Part shown: one piece after another, positions 14,101-27,139 of the stretch
How positions within the stretch are numbered: the stretch's first letter is position 1
Layout: each line of letters begins with the position of its first letter
Assembly (NCBI GenBank): GCA_964016885.1
Contig: OZ024743.1
Location: forward strand, 171,802,001-171,866,000
DNA: 64,000 nucleotides
Direction: 5' to 3'
Source of the DNA: Eledone cirrhosa
Lineage: Eukaryota
Program-made: the position numbers and the translations under genes
The notes under the pieces: model-generated
What the model was told of the DNA's origin: nothing
Databases searched by the model: none
The model's input: only the letters and a program-made list of their open reading frames with translations

Positions 14101-15285
14101 GTGCAGTAAATTCCCGAGCCGTGTCTATTATTAGGTACAGTGCGGGAATTCTGAGATGGAATGTTGCTGAACAAAAAGAAATGGATAGGAAGACTAGGAA
14201 GCTATTGACTATCTACAACATGTTCCACAAGAGGAGTGATGTCGATAGTCTCTACTTAAGGAGATCTGAAGGTGGTGGAAGAGGTCTTATCGGCATAGAG
14301 GACTATGTTCAGATGAAGAAAAACAACCTACACAAATACGTGACTGATAGTAAGGAGCCAATGCTCAGCACTGTACTGAAAGAGAGGACCATAGACCAGA
14401 GGATGTCCAAGGAGGAAATAAAAACAAGGAGAAAGAGCAGCCGTCATGAAAAATCCCTTCATAGTACCTTCTTTGAGAAAATTGAATTCAGAGATCCACA
14501 GACATGGAACTGGTTGAAAAGAGGAGACCTTAAAAAGTCTACAGAAGGAATGCTAATGGCTGCGCAAGAGCAGGCCCTCAAAACGAAGTGGTTGAAACAC
14601 CATATTTACAAGGAGGAGGCTAGCCCACTGTGCAGGATCTGTGGAGAGAGAGAGGAGACTATGGCTCACATTGTATCCGATTGTAAACACCTAGCCCAGA
14701 CTCACTATAAGGGCTGGAGACATGATGTGATGGGTAGGGTGATCCACTGGCACCTATGCAAAGTAAACAATTTACCACATTCTGAGAAGTGGTATGATCA
14801 TAAGTCAGAGGCGGTGATAGAAAACGATCAGGTGAAGGTGGTGTGGGATTTTAGGATACAGACGGACAAGAAACTGGAACACAATAGACCTGACCTGGTG
14901 GTTTTGGACAAAGAAAAAAGATCGTGCCTGATTGTGGATGTGGCCTGCCCATTCGACACGAGAGTGCAAGAGAAGGAGAGGGAGAAAATTAACCGATACC
15001 AGGACTTAAAGTGGGAGGTAAAAAGATGTGGAACTGCCATGAAGTCAAAGTGGTCCCAATTGTCATAGGCGCACTAGGGACTATCTCAAAAAGTTTCCAG
15101 GGATGGTTAAAGAAAATTGGCCCAGCCACGTTTTTTGGAACGCTTCAAAAAGCATGCTTGCTGGGAATAGCAAGAACCCTCCGATACGTCCTGAATATCT
15201 GAGGCTGCAGGTAGTGGCTTGATATTCTTCTCAACAAACTTTCCAGTTAACTAACATCAATGACTGAGACTCAAAGAACAATAAC

Positions 15286-15320
<35 letters not shown>

Positions 15321-15321
15321 T
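11109..15321 (+). mobile_element. R4/Dong-type LINE copy 1 (both ends present, internal deletion, frameshifts)
   Basis: Shares its 5' start with copy 2 (..AAACGCAC..ATCGCTCCCGTAAGTTTT). ORF pieces 12096-15202. Deletion at ~14015 removes the LFMDD region. (TAA)n tail. Confidence 0.92.
11455..11765 (+). repeat. Three imperfect tandem copies in the 5'UTR of Dong copy 1
   Basis: CATCACCACCACCACT(G/A)CCTCATTATCGCTACCGCCGCTATTCTCTCCCAC(C/T)ACCTCCTGCTAAG occurs three times. Confidence 0.9.
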
Positions 15322-18300
15322 AAGGGAAGAAGACGCACGAGGTGACGGAGGTCATGAAATCGCTCCCGTAAGTTTTGAATTTTTAACATATTTAAATCAT
15401 TTGTGAAATAACAACTCTTAGTACAAATGCTACGTAAAGCACCCGGCTTGAGCCCCAAAAAATTCGGACCCAAAATATATTGTTATAAGGCTCAAATATT
15501 CAAATATTCAACTTTGTATTGTACACTGTATATCCCCCCCAAAAAAATGGCTATAAATGGAAGAAGAAGACCCCCCCACCTCCTCTCCTCTGGCTACACT
15601 ATATAGGACAGCTAAACTCACCAACACCAGAAACTAGATACACCACCCACCCCATCATCTGTGTACACTAAACACAACAGCATTTTCACCTTCACCGCCA
15701 CCGCTCACTACGGCCATCATTACCACCACTATCCCATCACCGCCGCCACCACCCCTTGACTCCTTCACTGCTGCTGCCACCGCTACAGCACCATCACTAC
15801 AGTAATACGGTCGCATCACCGCCACCACTGCCTCGGTATCGACATCACCACCACCACTGTCTCAGTATCGCCAGCGCCGCCAGCCTCCCACTTTTCCCTG
15901 CTGGCTGCTACTACTTCCACATTATAGAATCCCTACTACTAACAAAGAGGAAGGCATCAAAATATATAGATAGACTCAAAAAAAAAAAGAAAAAACAAAC
16001 AACAAAACCAAAGCAGCACAGCAACAACAGCAAAAAACGAGATAAACAAACAGAGAAAAACAAAAACAAAAAAAGAAACCCCAAAAACGTAAAGAAAATA
16101 AGAATGAAGAGAGAAGCAGGCAGACGGACAGAGAAGAGGGGGGAAAAAGTAAAACTTAAAAAACAAAAACTAAGTCAGACATTCGAACACTACATTACAA
16201 TGAAACTTATGCTTATTCATTTTTGGGGCCCTTTCTGCCCGTGTGTTTGTTTGTTCATGTGTGTTCGTATACAGCGTGGTGATAATGCCACACAAGGGCC
16301 AAGTGGGATGGCGGATCCACAGATGGCTATGTAAACATACATTCGCCAATCCTCGATAAGAGTGTTTAAATATCGAACATAAACAGTTCGAATAACGGTG
16401 AAATGGAGACTAGAACGTCATGTGACAGACTCTCACCCAACAGGTGCCCCCTGGCTCAGCAGCAGGAACCTGACTGTCAACCAAATACTGCTGATGTTGG
16501 AGGAAGAAGAAGAAGGAAAGGGGCCAGAACCAACTGGACGAAAGAATTGAATAGAACTGTTATGCAATGCTACCTGAAAAGTAACCCCAAGGAGAGGGGC
16601 TACAGGAGACGGATGCATAACATCTGGAACGAGATTGGTTTATTTAAATTAGATGAACAAAAATTGGCCGGGCAGGCTCGGGTAATAAGAACTAATGGGT
16701 GGATAAGCGAGCTGGAACTGGAGGAACTGAACAGAGAGAATGGCTTGGAGATGGCGGGTGTAGTATGCCAGACAAGCGAGCCGGTGGGAAATGAAGGTGA
16801 GGAGGTCCTGATAACGGAGGAACCACCCGAAGCAGACAATGATCTGAATACTGAGATAAATAATACCTGGAACAGAGATACGGCCACTGAGGAGATGAAT
16901 GCTGACGGGCTAGGACAAGATTCGGTTGACATCCTAAATCTAGTGGTAGATGAATTGAACAATGATAGTGGGAGACCTATGAACCTAAGATTTGTAGACA
17001 GGAAAAAGTTAAAAGAAACAACAGCTAAGGTAAACAAAGTCATCCCATACCTTGAGGCGAGGAGTCTTCACCAGTGCAACAATATCCTCAAAGCAACAGC
17101 AAATACGGTGAGGAAACTACTTGGTATAAAAGCGAGAGGAAACAACAGACAAGAAAGAGCAGAGCCGTGGTGGAAGAAGCGACTGAGTGGGCAAATCGGG
17201 GAAATGAGAAATAACATAGGAAAGCTTCAGTCACTACTGAATGGGACACTAAAAAACATAGGCACTAAAAATAGACTGGAAATAAAATACAAAACTAGGA
17301 GGAAAAAGCTAAATATTATCATAGAGGAATTGAAGCAACGCATTGTAGCAAAGAGTGCCAAAATCAGGCGATACGAGAACAGAGTCAGTCAGTATAAACA
17401 GAACCGCATGTTCGACAACAACCAGAAGATGCTGTTTGGACAGCTTGAGGGGAAAGAAAGAGGCAACGACTTGATCCCTGGGGCGGAACAAGCTAAAACA
17501 TTCTGGAGAGGAATATGGGAGCAGGATGTTAGACACAATGCCCAGGCAGGGTGGATTGAGACAGTACAGAGGGGGATCGGTGGGAAGGCACAGCAACAGA
17601 CTGATTTGAGTATCACAGTTGAAACTCTTAAGGGGCAGGCCAAAAAACTAACCAACTGGAAATCACCAGGCCCAGATGGTGTGCAGGGGTATTGGATTAA
17701 ACATTTAACATCCCTCCACCCGAAGCTGACGGCCATGTTCAATGACTGCTTGGTGTCGGGTGAGGTGCCAGAGTGGTTGACAAAAGGTACCACAGTTCTG
17801 ATAATGAAAGACCGAATCAAGGGTAATGATGTTACCAACTATAGACCTATCACATGTCTGTCCGTAATGTGGAAACTGTTGACGAGCATTGTGTCTGAGG
17901 AAATCTACCATCACCTCCACACAAACAACTTGTTACCGGACGAACAGAAAGGATGCCGAAAGAAGTCACGTGGTACAAAGGACCAGTTGCTTATTGATAA
18001 GATGGTAATGGGGAATTGCAGGAGGAGACACACTGATCTTGCCATGGGATGGATAGACTACAGAAAGGCATTTGACATGGTGCCTCATTCCTGGATCACC
18101 AAAAGCCTGGAGGTCTTCAGGGTGGCAGATAACATCAGACAGTTGCTGGGCAGGAGTATGGGGTCCTGGGAGACAGAGTTGACATCAACTGGAGTATCCT
18201 TGGGAAGCGTGAAGATCAAGAGAGGTATCTTCCAGGGAGATAGCCTGTCCCCTCTGTTGTTTGTCCTTGCCCTGATGCCCTTGACCATTATGCTGCGAAA

Positions 18301-19881
18301 AGTGAGAGCAGGATACAAGTTGGGAAGGGGAGAGCTTACCATCAATCACCTCCTCTTCATGGACGATCTTAAGCTCTTCGGGAAAAGTGAGAAGGAGTTG
18401 GATGTGCTTGTTGACACTGTCCGTATTTTCAGCAGTGATATATGTATGCAGTTTGGTATTGGTAAATGTGGAGTCATTGTGATGAAGAGGGGTAGGTTGA
18501 GCAGAAGTAACGGGATCCAGATACCAACAGGTGAGATGATAAAGGAAATTGACTCTGAGGAAGGATACAAGTATTTGGGCGTTCTGGAGGCTGATGGTAT
18601 AAAGAACAAAAAAATGAAGGAATTGTTAAGAACTGAATACATTCGGAGAGTAAGGAGCGTATTGAAGTCACATCTGAACAGCAGAAATGCCATAAGCGCA
18701 GTAAATTCCCGAGCTGTGTCTATTATTAGGTACAGTGCGGGAATTCTGAGATGGAATGTTGCTGAACAAAAAGAAATGGATAGGAAGACTAGGAAGCTAT
18801 TGACTATCTACAACATGTTCCACAAGAGGAGTGATGTCGATAGACTCTACCTAAGGAGATCTGAGGGTGGAAGAGGTCTTATCAGCATAGAGGACTGTGT
18901 TCAGATGGAGAAAAACAACCTATACAAATACGTGACCTATAGTAAGGAGCCAATGCTCAGAACTGTACTGAAGGAGGGGACAGTAGGCCAGGGGATGTCC
19001 AAGGAGGAAATAACATCAAGGAGGAAGAGCAGCCTTAAGGGAAAATCCCTTCATAGTACCTTCTTTGAGAAAACTGAATTTAGAGATCCACAGACATGGA
19101 ACTGGTTGAGAAGAGGAGACCTCAAAAAGGCTACAGAAGGAATGCTAATGGCTGCGCAGGAGCAGGCCCTCAAAACGAAGTGGTTGAAGCACCATATCTA
19201 GAAGGAGGAGGCTAGCCCACTGTGCAGGATCTGTGGAGAGAGAGAGGAGACTGTGGCTCACATTGTGTCCGAGTGTAAACACCTAGCCCAGACCCACTAT
19301 AAGGGCTGGAGACACGATGTGATGGGCAGGGTGATCCACTGGCACCTGTGCAAAGTAAACAATCTACCACATTCTGAGAAATGGTATGAGCATAGGCCAG
19401 AGGCGGTGATGGAGAACAGTCAGGTGAAGGTGCTGTGGGATTTTAGGATACAGACGGACCAAAAACTGGAACACAATAGACCTGACCTGGTGGTTATGGA
19501 CAAAGAAAAAAGATCGTGCCTGATTGTGGATGTGGCCTGCCCGTTCGACACGAGAGTGCAAGAGAAGGAGAGGGAGAAAATTAACCGATACCAGGACCTA
19601 AAGTGGGAGGTGAAAAGGATTTGGAACTGCCATGAAGTCAAAGTGATCCCGATTGTCATAGGCGCACTGGGGACTATCTCCAAAGGTTTCCAGGGATGGT
19701 TAAAGAAAATCGGCCCCTTCACGCTTTTTGGAACGCTTCAAAAGGCATGCTTGCTTGGAACAGCAAGAACCCTCCGATACGTCCTGAATATCTGAGGCTG
19801 CAGGTAGTGGCTTGATATTCAATCCAACGGACTTTCCAGTTAACCAACATCAATGACTGAGATTCAAGGAATAACAATAAC

Positions 19882-19920
<39 letters not shown>
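15322..19920 (+). mobile_element. R4/Dong-type LINE copy 2, full-length and nearly intact
   Basis: ~1-kb 5'UTR, single long ORF, short 3'UTR and (TAA)n tail. Starts immediately after the tail of copy 1. Confidence 0.95.
16403..19795 (+). CDS. Non-LTR RT plus restriction-like endonuclease (R4 clade), one in-frame TAG at 19199-19201
   Basis: NWKSPGPDG, YRPITCL, WIDYRKAFD, GIFQGDSLSP, HLLFMDD, YKYLG; knuckle CRICGEREETVAHIVSEC; RHD and RPDLVV..IVDVACP..EREKINRY. The 932-aa and 180-aa ORFs are in the same frame. Confidence 0.93.
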
Positions 19921-19922
<2 letters not shown>

Positions 19923-20596
19923 TTTGTTTATTGGCCACAAGGGCTGACATCAAGAAAACATTACAGATGGCACAGGTCGGTACAGGACGTTACGATGTGG
20001 GTTTTGTGCGTGTAAAGATTTGTATTATTTATATAAGAAAAGAAAAAAGACAATGTATAAACAGTAAAAATAAAAATTGAAACACTGAAAAAATTTCCTA
20101 GTTGGGGCGTAGACGGCTACTAGCCTGAAAGCATTGCCTTCGCAGCCGGTCATGTCCAGCACCACCGAATTACCTTCTGGGTCTAGGAAGATGTCCCGTA
20201 TGGCGAGATTCAAGCCTCTCCGAAAAAGGACGGCAACCCCTCCCTCCGATCCAGGACGGCTGAGTGAGATATGCGTATACATCGTAGCCGCCGAAGATAG
20301 GTACGATGGCTCGTGCTTCGGAGATTCTGGTCTCGCTGATGGCCACCACATCTATGTTTAGTGACCTGATGTTGAGCAGGTGGCCCTGCTTCCAAGATGA
20401 CCCCAGGCCACGTGCATTTATACTGCTTATTCTGAGTACGGCCATGTTGGATGTGAGAAAGGGTCACATACCTTGATCATGTGGTAAAGGGACAGTAGAA
20501 CCGTCCCTTTGGCTGGTCATGGGTGTTTCCAAGAGGATGTCAGTGTATATCCTCTTGGTAACCGACCCTCTTAAGTCTCCAACTGCGTTGGGGAAA
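19921..20596 (-). mobile_element. Internally deleted Tx1-type element (ORF1 end + APE start fused to 3'UTR)
   Basis: MAVLRISSINARGLGSSWKQG..RLVAVYAP is joined at ~20105 to a 3'UTR ending CCTTGTGGCCAATAAACAAATC(ATT)n. Confidence 0.85.
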
Positions 20597-20989
20597 ATAA
20601 TAATTGTTTCTACTTTTGGCACGAGGCCATAAATTACCCAGTACATTACTGGTACTTTATTTTATCGACCCCGTAAGGATGAAAGGCCAAGTTAACCTCT
20701 GCGGGATTTGAACTGGAAAGGGCCGTAACTCTATGCGTCAAAGCTTCACGTCCGACCCTCTACCTATACTGCCAATCCACCGCCCTAATAATAATAATAA
20801 TTGTTTCTACTTTTGGCACAAAGCCAGTAGTTATCCAGTGTATTACTGGTACTTTATTTGATCGAGCCCGTAAGGATGAAAGGCAAAGTTAACCTCGGCA
20901 GGATTTGAAGTCAGAATGGCAAGGGCCGGAACTCTATGCGTCAAAGCATGGCGTCCGACCCTCTACCGATAATGCCAATCCACCGCCCT

Positions 20990-21033
<44 letters not shown>

Positions 21034-21110
21034 GGTAGTAAAGGATCGTAACTCTATGCTGCAAAGCATGGTGTCCGACTCTACTGATACTGCCAATCCA
21101 CCGCCCTGAT
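20597..21110 (-). mobile_element. Cluster of three tRNA-SINE copies separated by (TAA)n
   Basis: Same family as 1411-1600; mirrored at 33830-34365. Confidence 0.85.
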
Positions 21111-21731
21111 AATAGTAATAATACTAATGAAAGATTGATTTGTTATGTCTTCTCTTCTTACTTTCTTCCTCCTCCTTTACTTCCGCACTAGATCACAAGC
21201 GTGACCAAGGTTATGTCGATATCTGTATATATATAAAGTTAAGTATGTGTGTCTGTGTGTCTGTGTATTACCTATAGGGGCCTCCATCTTACGACCGATT
21301 TTCATGAAACTTTACAGGCTCATAGATTAGTCATCGGGGAGTGTTTTCTATATATCAGCGTATAGTGTTTTCTTTTATTCCGGGGTAATCACCTTTTTCT
21401 AGGAATCGAAAAATAAGATTTTTGGCTCTAGCTCCCACATTTTGCCACCGATTTCGTTAACATTTTAAGGCAGAATAGGATTTATCATTGCACATCCTGT
21501 AATGGCTTTATATTTTGCATTTGTTGTTCAGGGACTGCGTGGCAGCCGCTTAAATATTCAAAAATACCACTTTTAGACTCAAATTTCCTTTTTTCGGCTC
21601 TAGCTCCCACATCTTCCTACTAGATATGATTATTTCACGTCTTAAAGTGGATTTACATTTTGGATTTCCTGTTCAGGAACAGCGTGGCAGCCGCTTAAAT
21701 ATTCGAAAATACCACCTCTTCGCTCAAATTT
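20648..21731. repeat. Left arm of ~1.08-kb inverted duplication (partner 33204-34285)
   Basis: Reverse-complement match read by eye, e.g. TTCCGCACTAGATCACAAGCGTGACC at 21181 vs GGTCACGCTTGTGATCTAGTGCGGAA at ~33730. Confidence 0.95.
21222..21731 (+). mobile_element. 5' part of non-autonomous Helitron
   Basis: A|TCTGTATATATATAAAG..TGTGTCTGTGTGTCTG..ACCGATTTTCATGAAACTTT start with internal tandem units. 3' end absent. Confidence 0.75.
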
Positions 21732-21744
21732 TCCAGGCCTTTCC

Positions 21745-23300
21745 TAAACATCATTGCCACTCCACGTCCCATTCCCGGCCGACTAGGAGTTGCGAGGATC
21801 CGATACTTGTCGAAAATGAGGCTAGTGTGCCTGCGTCGGAAATCCCAGTCGTGATGACGACAATAACATCCATATCAAATGAGCTGACGTCATTCAGCGA
21901 CCGACCTTGCTTCCAGGATGACCTCAGGCCATGAACATTTAAACAACCTACTCTTAATATCGCCAAGTTGGGTAGTTGATAAAAAGAAAACGCGTGTGTG
22001 TGTTGGGGGAGGGGGCTGCTACTTATCCTCCGGGCTCTGTTGGAGATCGGGTGGTTCAATCTCCATGTTTGGTAGGTTTTACTTTGGGAACCCCTTTAAA
22101 AGTTTGTTTGTGGCTTTAACATATGTTGTTCCCACGCCTTGTGAGTAGCTCTTCCTAAAATGTTTATATGTTTGAGGTGTCATTTGCACCATCATAAGCG
22201 ACTATGGCAATTTGAAGGTGCTGGTGCCAAAAGTATCCCCCTCTCTCTCAATTTCCTCACTTTGTGCACTAAGGGCCATCAGTTCTTGCCCTCCTCTATC
22301 ACGCATTCCAGGAACCATCATAAATCCAGTTCTGGCTGGATCCTGGGAATGCGAACCTTCATCGTTTTTTCCCATGTGGGACTGATACATCACAATGTGG
22401 TCCATTTCACAGTGGGCCACCGAGTGGTTGATGGCAAGGGCTTCGGCTTTGAATAACACCGAGATGGTGCCGAAATGTCTGCCCCTTTCCATATACTCTA
22501 TATCTTCACTGATGCATTTCAGTGCGGTTTCCATTTCAAATTGTGGGGCCTATTCCTCTTTGTATGTTTGCATCTAAAAATCGAAGTTTTCTTTTGTGTT
22601 GCCGCCATTACCTCGACCGGGACGGTTAGGTTGGCCTAGATTTATTCTCTTTTGATCAATTTCCACGAATGGGCCAAATGTTCTACCTTATCTGTCAAAT
22701 CAATATGAACAAATTGTCTCTTTTTTGCCGTTGCAGCAAGGAATATGCTGCTGTTGTTGTTCGTTCGGTTGTTGTTGTTCGCGTTGTATTCACTTTTGTT
22801 TTCACTGTTTTTGATGTTGGTGTAGTTGTTATTGTTGTTCATGTTATCATTTACGTTGTCACTATCGTGTGTGTTTGTTTTTCGATGTTGCAGTGGTGGT
22901 GGTGTTTCCAGTGGTGTTGGCCGCGCTTAGCATTGTTGTGGTGGGCGCAACGGCATCTACAGTGGTGAGCAACGGCAGAGCCGTAACATTCACTTCGTTG
23001 GTACGAGAAATGTTTGGGCTGCTGTCATTGTTTTGAGAATTTTGGCTGTTCCACTCGATGACAGCCCGCCATTAGTTTAGCGGTCACAACATCTTTGTCT
23101 GTCATCTTAATTTTCGCAGAAAATTGAAGAGTGTGCTTGAAAAACAAACAGATTTAGTCCTTACGGGCTTCAGGTAGAGCTAAACAACCTAGCTTACTAA
23201 GATACTGGCTCGCTTAACTTCAAACAATAACAAAGCTTCAATGCAAAATGTTGAATAACTGAAAAAATATGACTTACACGAGCGATATAAATCACGTCTT
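21745..23300 (-). mobile_element. Degenerate 5' half of a Tx1-type LINE (ORF1 + APE start)
   Basis: ILRVGCLNVHGLRSSWKQG at ~21900-21960. ORF1-like ERGRHFGTISVLF resembles RRGQKYGTVDVFF of the 5293-11074 copy. Confidence 0.7.
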
Positions 23301-23453
23301 GAAAGACTGAACAACAAAGATAATAATCTAAACTCTAATAAAGGAAGGTCTGCGGGATTGCGTACGGTTTATTTTTTTTTATCCCGTTTGTAAAATAAGT
23401 TGGATTACTTTGAATAAATAATTGTTTCTACGTTAGGCACAAGGCCAGCAATT

Positions 23454-23753
23454 ATCCCAACCTAGGAGCACTAATGTATTTTAATATATTCTGTAATTGC
23501 TCCTATTAAAAAATGTTTCTATAACATAAAATTGAGGTATGTTCCTTATTCCTTGTTTGACTATGTGCCAGTAAACAATATCCAATTAGACGAGATGACT
23601 GACGACCATCGCCCGCCTAAAGTGGATATCGTTTACTGGCACATAGTCAAACAAGGAATAAGGAACATACCTCAATTTTATGTTATAGAAACATTTTTTA
23701 ATAGGAGCAATTACAGAATATATTCAAATACATTAGTGCTCCTAGGTTGGGAT
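23454..23753. repeat. ~130-bp inverted repeat with ~38-bp spacer
   Basis: 23454-23584 is the near-perfect reverse complement of 23623-23753. Confidence 0.92.
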
Positions 23754-23871
23754 ATATTTAAGTCGTCATATACTGCCGCATGGTGTGATGTCATCCTTTG
23801 GATCACTGCATGTAGATAGCACGTCTACTGTGCCCGAGCTCTCATTGTCCAAGTGTTATTGACTCAGCTAC

Positions 23872-23905
23872 TGACGTCAGAACGTGACGTCAGAACGTGA
23901 CGTCA
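23872..23905. promoter_or_regulatory. Three tandem TGACGTCA (CRE consensus) palindromes, 13-bp period
   Basis: TGACGTCA at 23872, 23885 and 23898. Function not shown. Confidence 0.4.
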
Positions 23906-23984
23906 GAACTAAGGGCAGTTAATCGACAGCCTTCACAGTCGACGCTAGATGGCGTGATCTTCTACAGACTCCTATGCTTTTAGG

Positions 23985-26290
23985 TTCGTCAATGTTGTCG
24001 GAGGGATATGATGCGACACTCAAATGTTGTCTGGACTGATGTTAGGTTTCTGTCTCCCTGCCTACGTTTCAAGTAAAGGCGGTCTATGTCACTGTTGATG
24101 TGGAGGTTTCCGGTGTTATTTAAGATTTTCTAGGGTTTAACATCAATTCCTCGGATTTCGTATATCGTCCAATCGAGTATTCCACACGTTGGAGTTAGAT
24201 CAGGCACAGCATTGTAAGCTACTGTTTTATTGCGCGCAGAGATTTCAGATGATCATATATTTCATAATCGGGTGTAATATTCCCTGGTTACGCATTCCTT
24301 GTTACATATACCATCATAATATATATTCCATCTATCCCTAGGTATCTGTAGCAGTCTTCAACAGATATATGTGATACAGTTAGGTCATTGATAAAAATGT
24401 TGCTAGATTGGGTTGTAGTTTTTCACCGCTTTACAATCATGTATGAACATTTATCCTGAGCAACCCCAATTCCTATAACCTTTGAGAATGTTGTAACTTA
24501 GTCAAGATTTGTCTTCATCGCATCTATTTTCTTGGCTTAGAGTTTCAGTTCATCTACAAAGAAATGATAGGCTAAGTTCGTATTTCTGAAGTCCTGTGAG
24601 CCAATAATGTTTTCTTCACATTTCTTGAACAGAAAGGACAAGGGGTTTAATGACAGGATAAATAGTAGTACAGTAAGACTGTCTCCTAGAAATATACTCA
24701 TGTGATATTCTATTTTAACCGTGAAAATAGAGTCCTCCTTCTCTGTCTTTAACTTTAGGATAGTAGCACAAGAAGAAAATAGCTTCTCTATGGATCTGAT
24801 AACAGTGTATGGAACTTTAGCAAGTTGGTGGGCCTCTATCATCCAAGAGTGGGGAACAGAATCAAATACTAAGTTGTCGCACGGTTTTGTGAATTAGGAG
24901 TTAAGCACACCCCAAACACTTTTCTTCCCAGCTGCTTGCTCACCTGTGACGATGTTATTACTGTCACAGTGATCTTGGAGAAATAGATTCAAGCAGACTG
25001 TATGCATTTTATACATCAGGTTCTAGCATGCAATGAGTCGGTAGTTTTTTGCCAAGTGGGTGTCTTTGTTCTGGAGGACCGGTATTGTTTGTTCTAATGT
25101 CAACCACCCTGGTATATGTGCATCTCCCTTGAAAGTTTGTTGATAGATGTTGATAATATACATCCGATAGAATGTCAGTTTTTTATATCAGTACCCGATA
25201 ATCAAGTCTCTTCCTGGTGTTTTCTTATCTTGAAGTTTTCCCATCACAGTCTCAATGGTATCATTAATTATTTACCCCATATTTTTCTCCAGATGGAATT
25301 TGTCTTTCTGGGATGGGCCCTCAGTGAAATTGATTACTTTTCCCTTCATATCTCTATTGACTGGTGCCTGGTTTCACCTGAAACTTTTGTTAACTATTTT
25401 TCTTTCAGCCACCCTTTTCTGGTATCGACATTTCTCGCTGACAGCTCTCAATTCTTGTTTGGGTGTGGTCAGCTTATTTTGAAGAGTTCCTGTTTTACTG
25501 TATCTAGACATCGTTTCTATTTTATTTTTCACTCTTTGTTACCGAGGAGTATAGTTTTTTTTTTGTTTTTGTTTGCGTGTAAGAAACACTGTCACACATC
25601 CAATAGTTTTGTTTCTATTTTAGTAATATATGATGGCAATTTTGGTGCTGTTTTGTTAATATCTGTTATCACCAAGATATGCTTCACTGTCGTTGCCAGG
25701 ACATGTAAACAGGCGTTGATTTGCCAGAATATTGGGGTTTTAATTCGTTGTAAATATTCATCTCCAATTTCATCAATAGCAAGTAAGATTTCATTATTTG
25801 GTTTCATTTTGTTTAGTATTGTTGTTCTGCAAGAGAAATGATTATACATGTATTACTTTCTCTCTGAAGGATTTCGTTGAGGATTTCAATTGTTTATACT
25901 CTTTGATTTTCCAAGCTAATGGCAGATGTATTATTATTAACAGTTCAGGTAGAATCACTTGATATGCGTGGTGTCAAATTTCTTACAGGCATTGTTGTTT
26001 CAAGGCACTCTTCGGCCTGGATGTTAGAAAGTCTAGAAGTATGGCGACCTCTAGCACGTATTGTTGATTCCATGTTTGTTCTGGGAGACTTACAATTAAT
26101 AATATTCAAGTTATTTTTACGTTCAACAAACGTTGCTTGTTGGCGTAATTGTTCGGCTGTGAAGTCATTTAGCTCTGGATGTATTTCTTCCCAGTATAGC
26201 TTCATTCTGTTTATATAGCCAACGAGGGGAAGGGGGCATTTTATAACAATTAAATAAATCTCTCTTAAGTTCGTAACTCCAAGAGAGATG
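23985..26290 (-). mobile_element. Degenerate R4-clade-like LINE, different family
   Basis: IDRLYLKRRQG (~24060-24090), IFLGDSLTVLLFILSLNPLS and HFFVDELKL (24537-24842), KNYRLIAC, N-terminal MKLYWEEIHPEL..QLRQQA. Confidence 0.8.
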
Positions 26291-26559
26291 CGATTTATAA
26301 TTTCGGTTTCTTCTGGAGCTACAACTAAATAAATTTTGTTTACCTTTCTCGTTGCTTTAAAACAAATAATAAAGTTTAAAAAATTGTGCTCAAATAATTG
26401 TGCTCAAATAAGGCCCAAATATTATGAGGTCAACGTGTCGTGCGTTGTCAACCGTTTGTGACAAAAATATAACAATGAGTGCAACGTAAACACATGAAAA
26501 CTAACAAAACTTACGGACTGATATTCAGATACGACTTGACAGGCCAGACAACAAATGTA

Positions 26560-26950
26560 ATAATAATGGTTTCTCATATAGGCACAAGGCCAGAAATTTG
26601 GGGGAGGGGAAAGTCGATTAAATCGATCCCAGTGCGTTACTGGTACTTTATTTTATCAACCCCGTAAGGATGAAAGGCAAAGCTAACCTCATCGGGATTT
26701 AAAGCACATTGTCCACCGCTCTACCGAACCGCCAATCCATCGCCCTTTAATTGCTTAATAATTGTTTCTACTTTAGGCACAAGGCCAGTAATTAGCCAGT
26801 ACATTACTGGTACTTTATTTTATCGACCCCGTAAGGATGAAAGGCAAAGTTAACCTCGGCGGGATTTGAACTCAGTCCGTAAAGGGATGTTACAGTGCTG
26901 CAAAGCATGGCGTCCGACCCTCTACCGATACTGCCGATCCACCGCCCTTA
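26560..26950 (-). mobile_element. Two tandem tRNA-SINE copies
   Basis: Same body and tail as 1411-1600. Confidence 0.85.
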
Positions 26951-27139
26951 AATATAATTGCTTTTAGTTCGCTACGTTAAGTATGGTAGACAACTATATA
27001 AACAAATTACTACTCGGCGAAAATGAGGCAAGTAGATGACTACGTATAAACTTCCAACTCTTCGATTTCGAAGTCAGCACATTAACGTCTTGACCAAATG
27101 CAGTTTCAACCAACTATTTTCTTTTGATGTTTCTTGATC

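Noticed and set aside
15322-15375. Possible 5' self-cleaving ribozyme (HDV-like or hammerhead) at the Dong start
   Set aside because: Only a GGGA../CTCCC pairing is visible. I could not build a full fold conserved in copy 1; a covariance search is needed.
15756-16334. 192-aa His/Lys-rich ORF upstream of the Dong ORF as a possible ORF1
   Set aside because: Low-complexity 5'UTR, non-ATG start, and frame not conserved in copy 1.
19199-19201. TAG as programmed read-through
   Set aside because: Copies 1 and 3 have TAC, so this is a private mutation or sequencing error.
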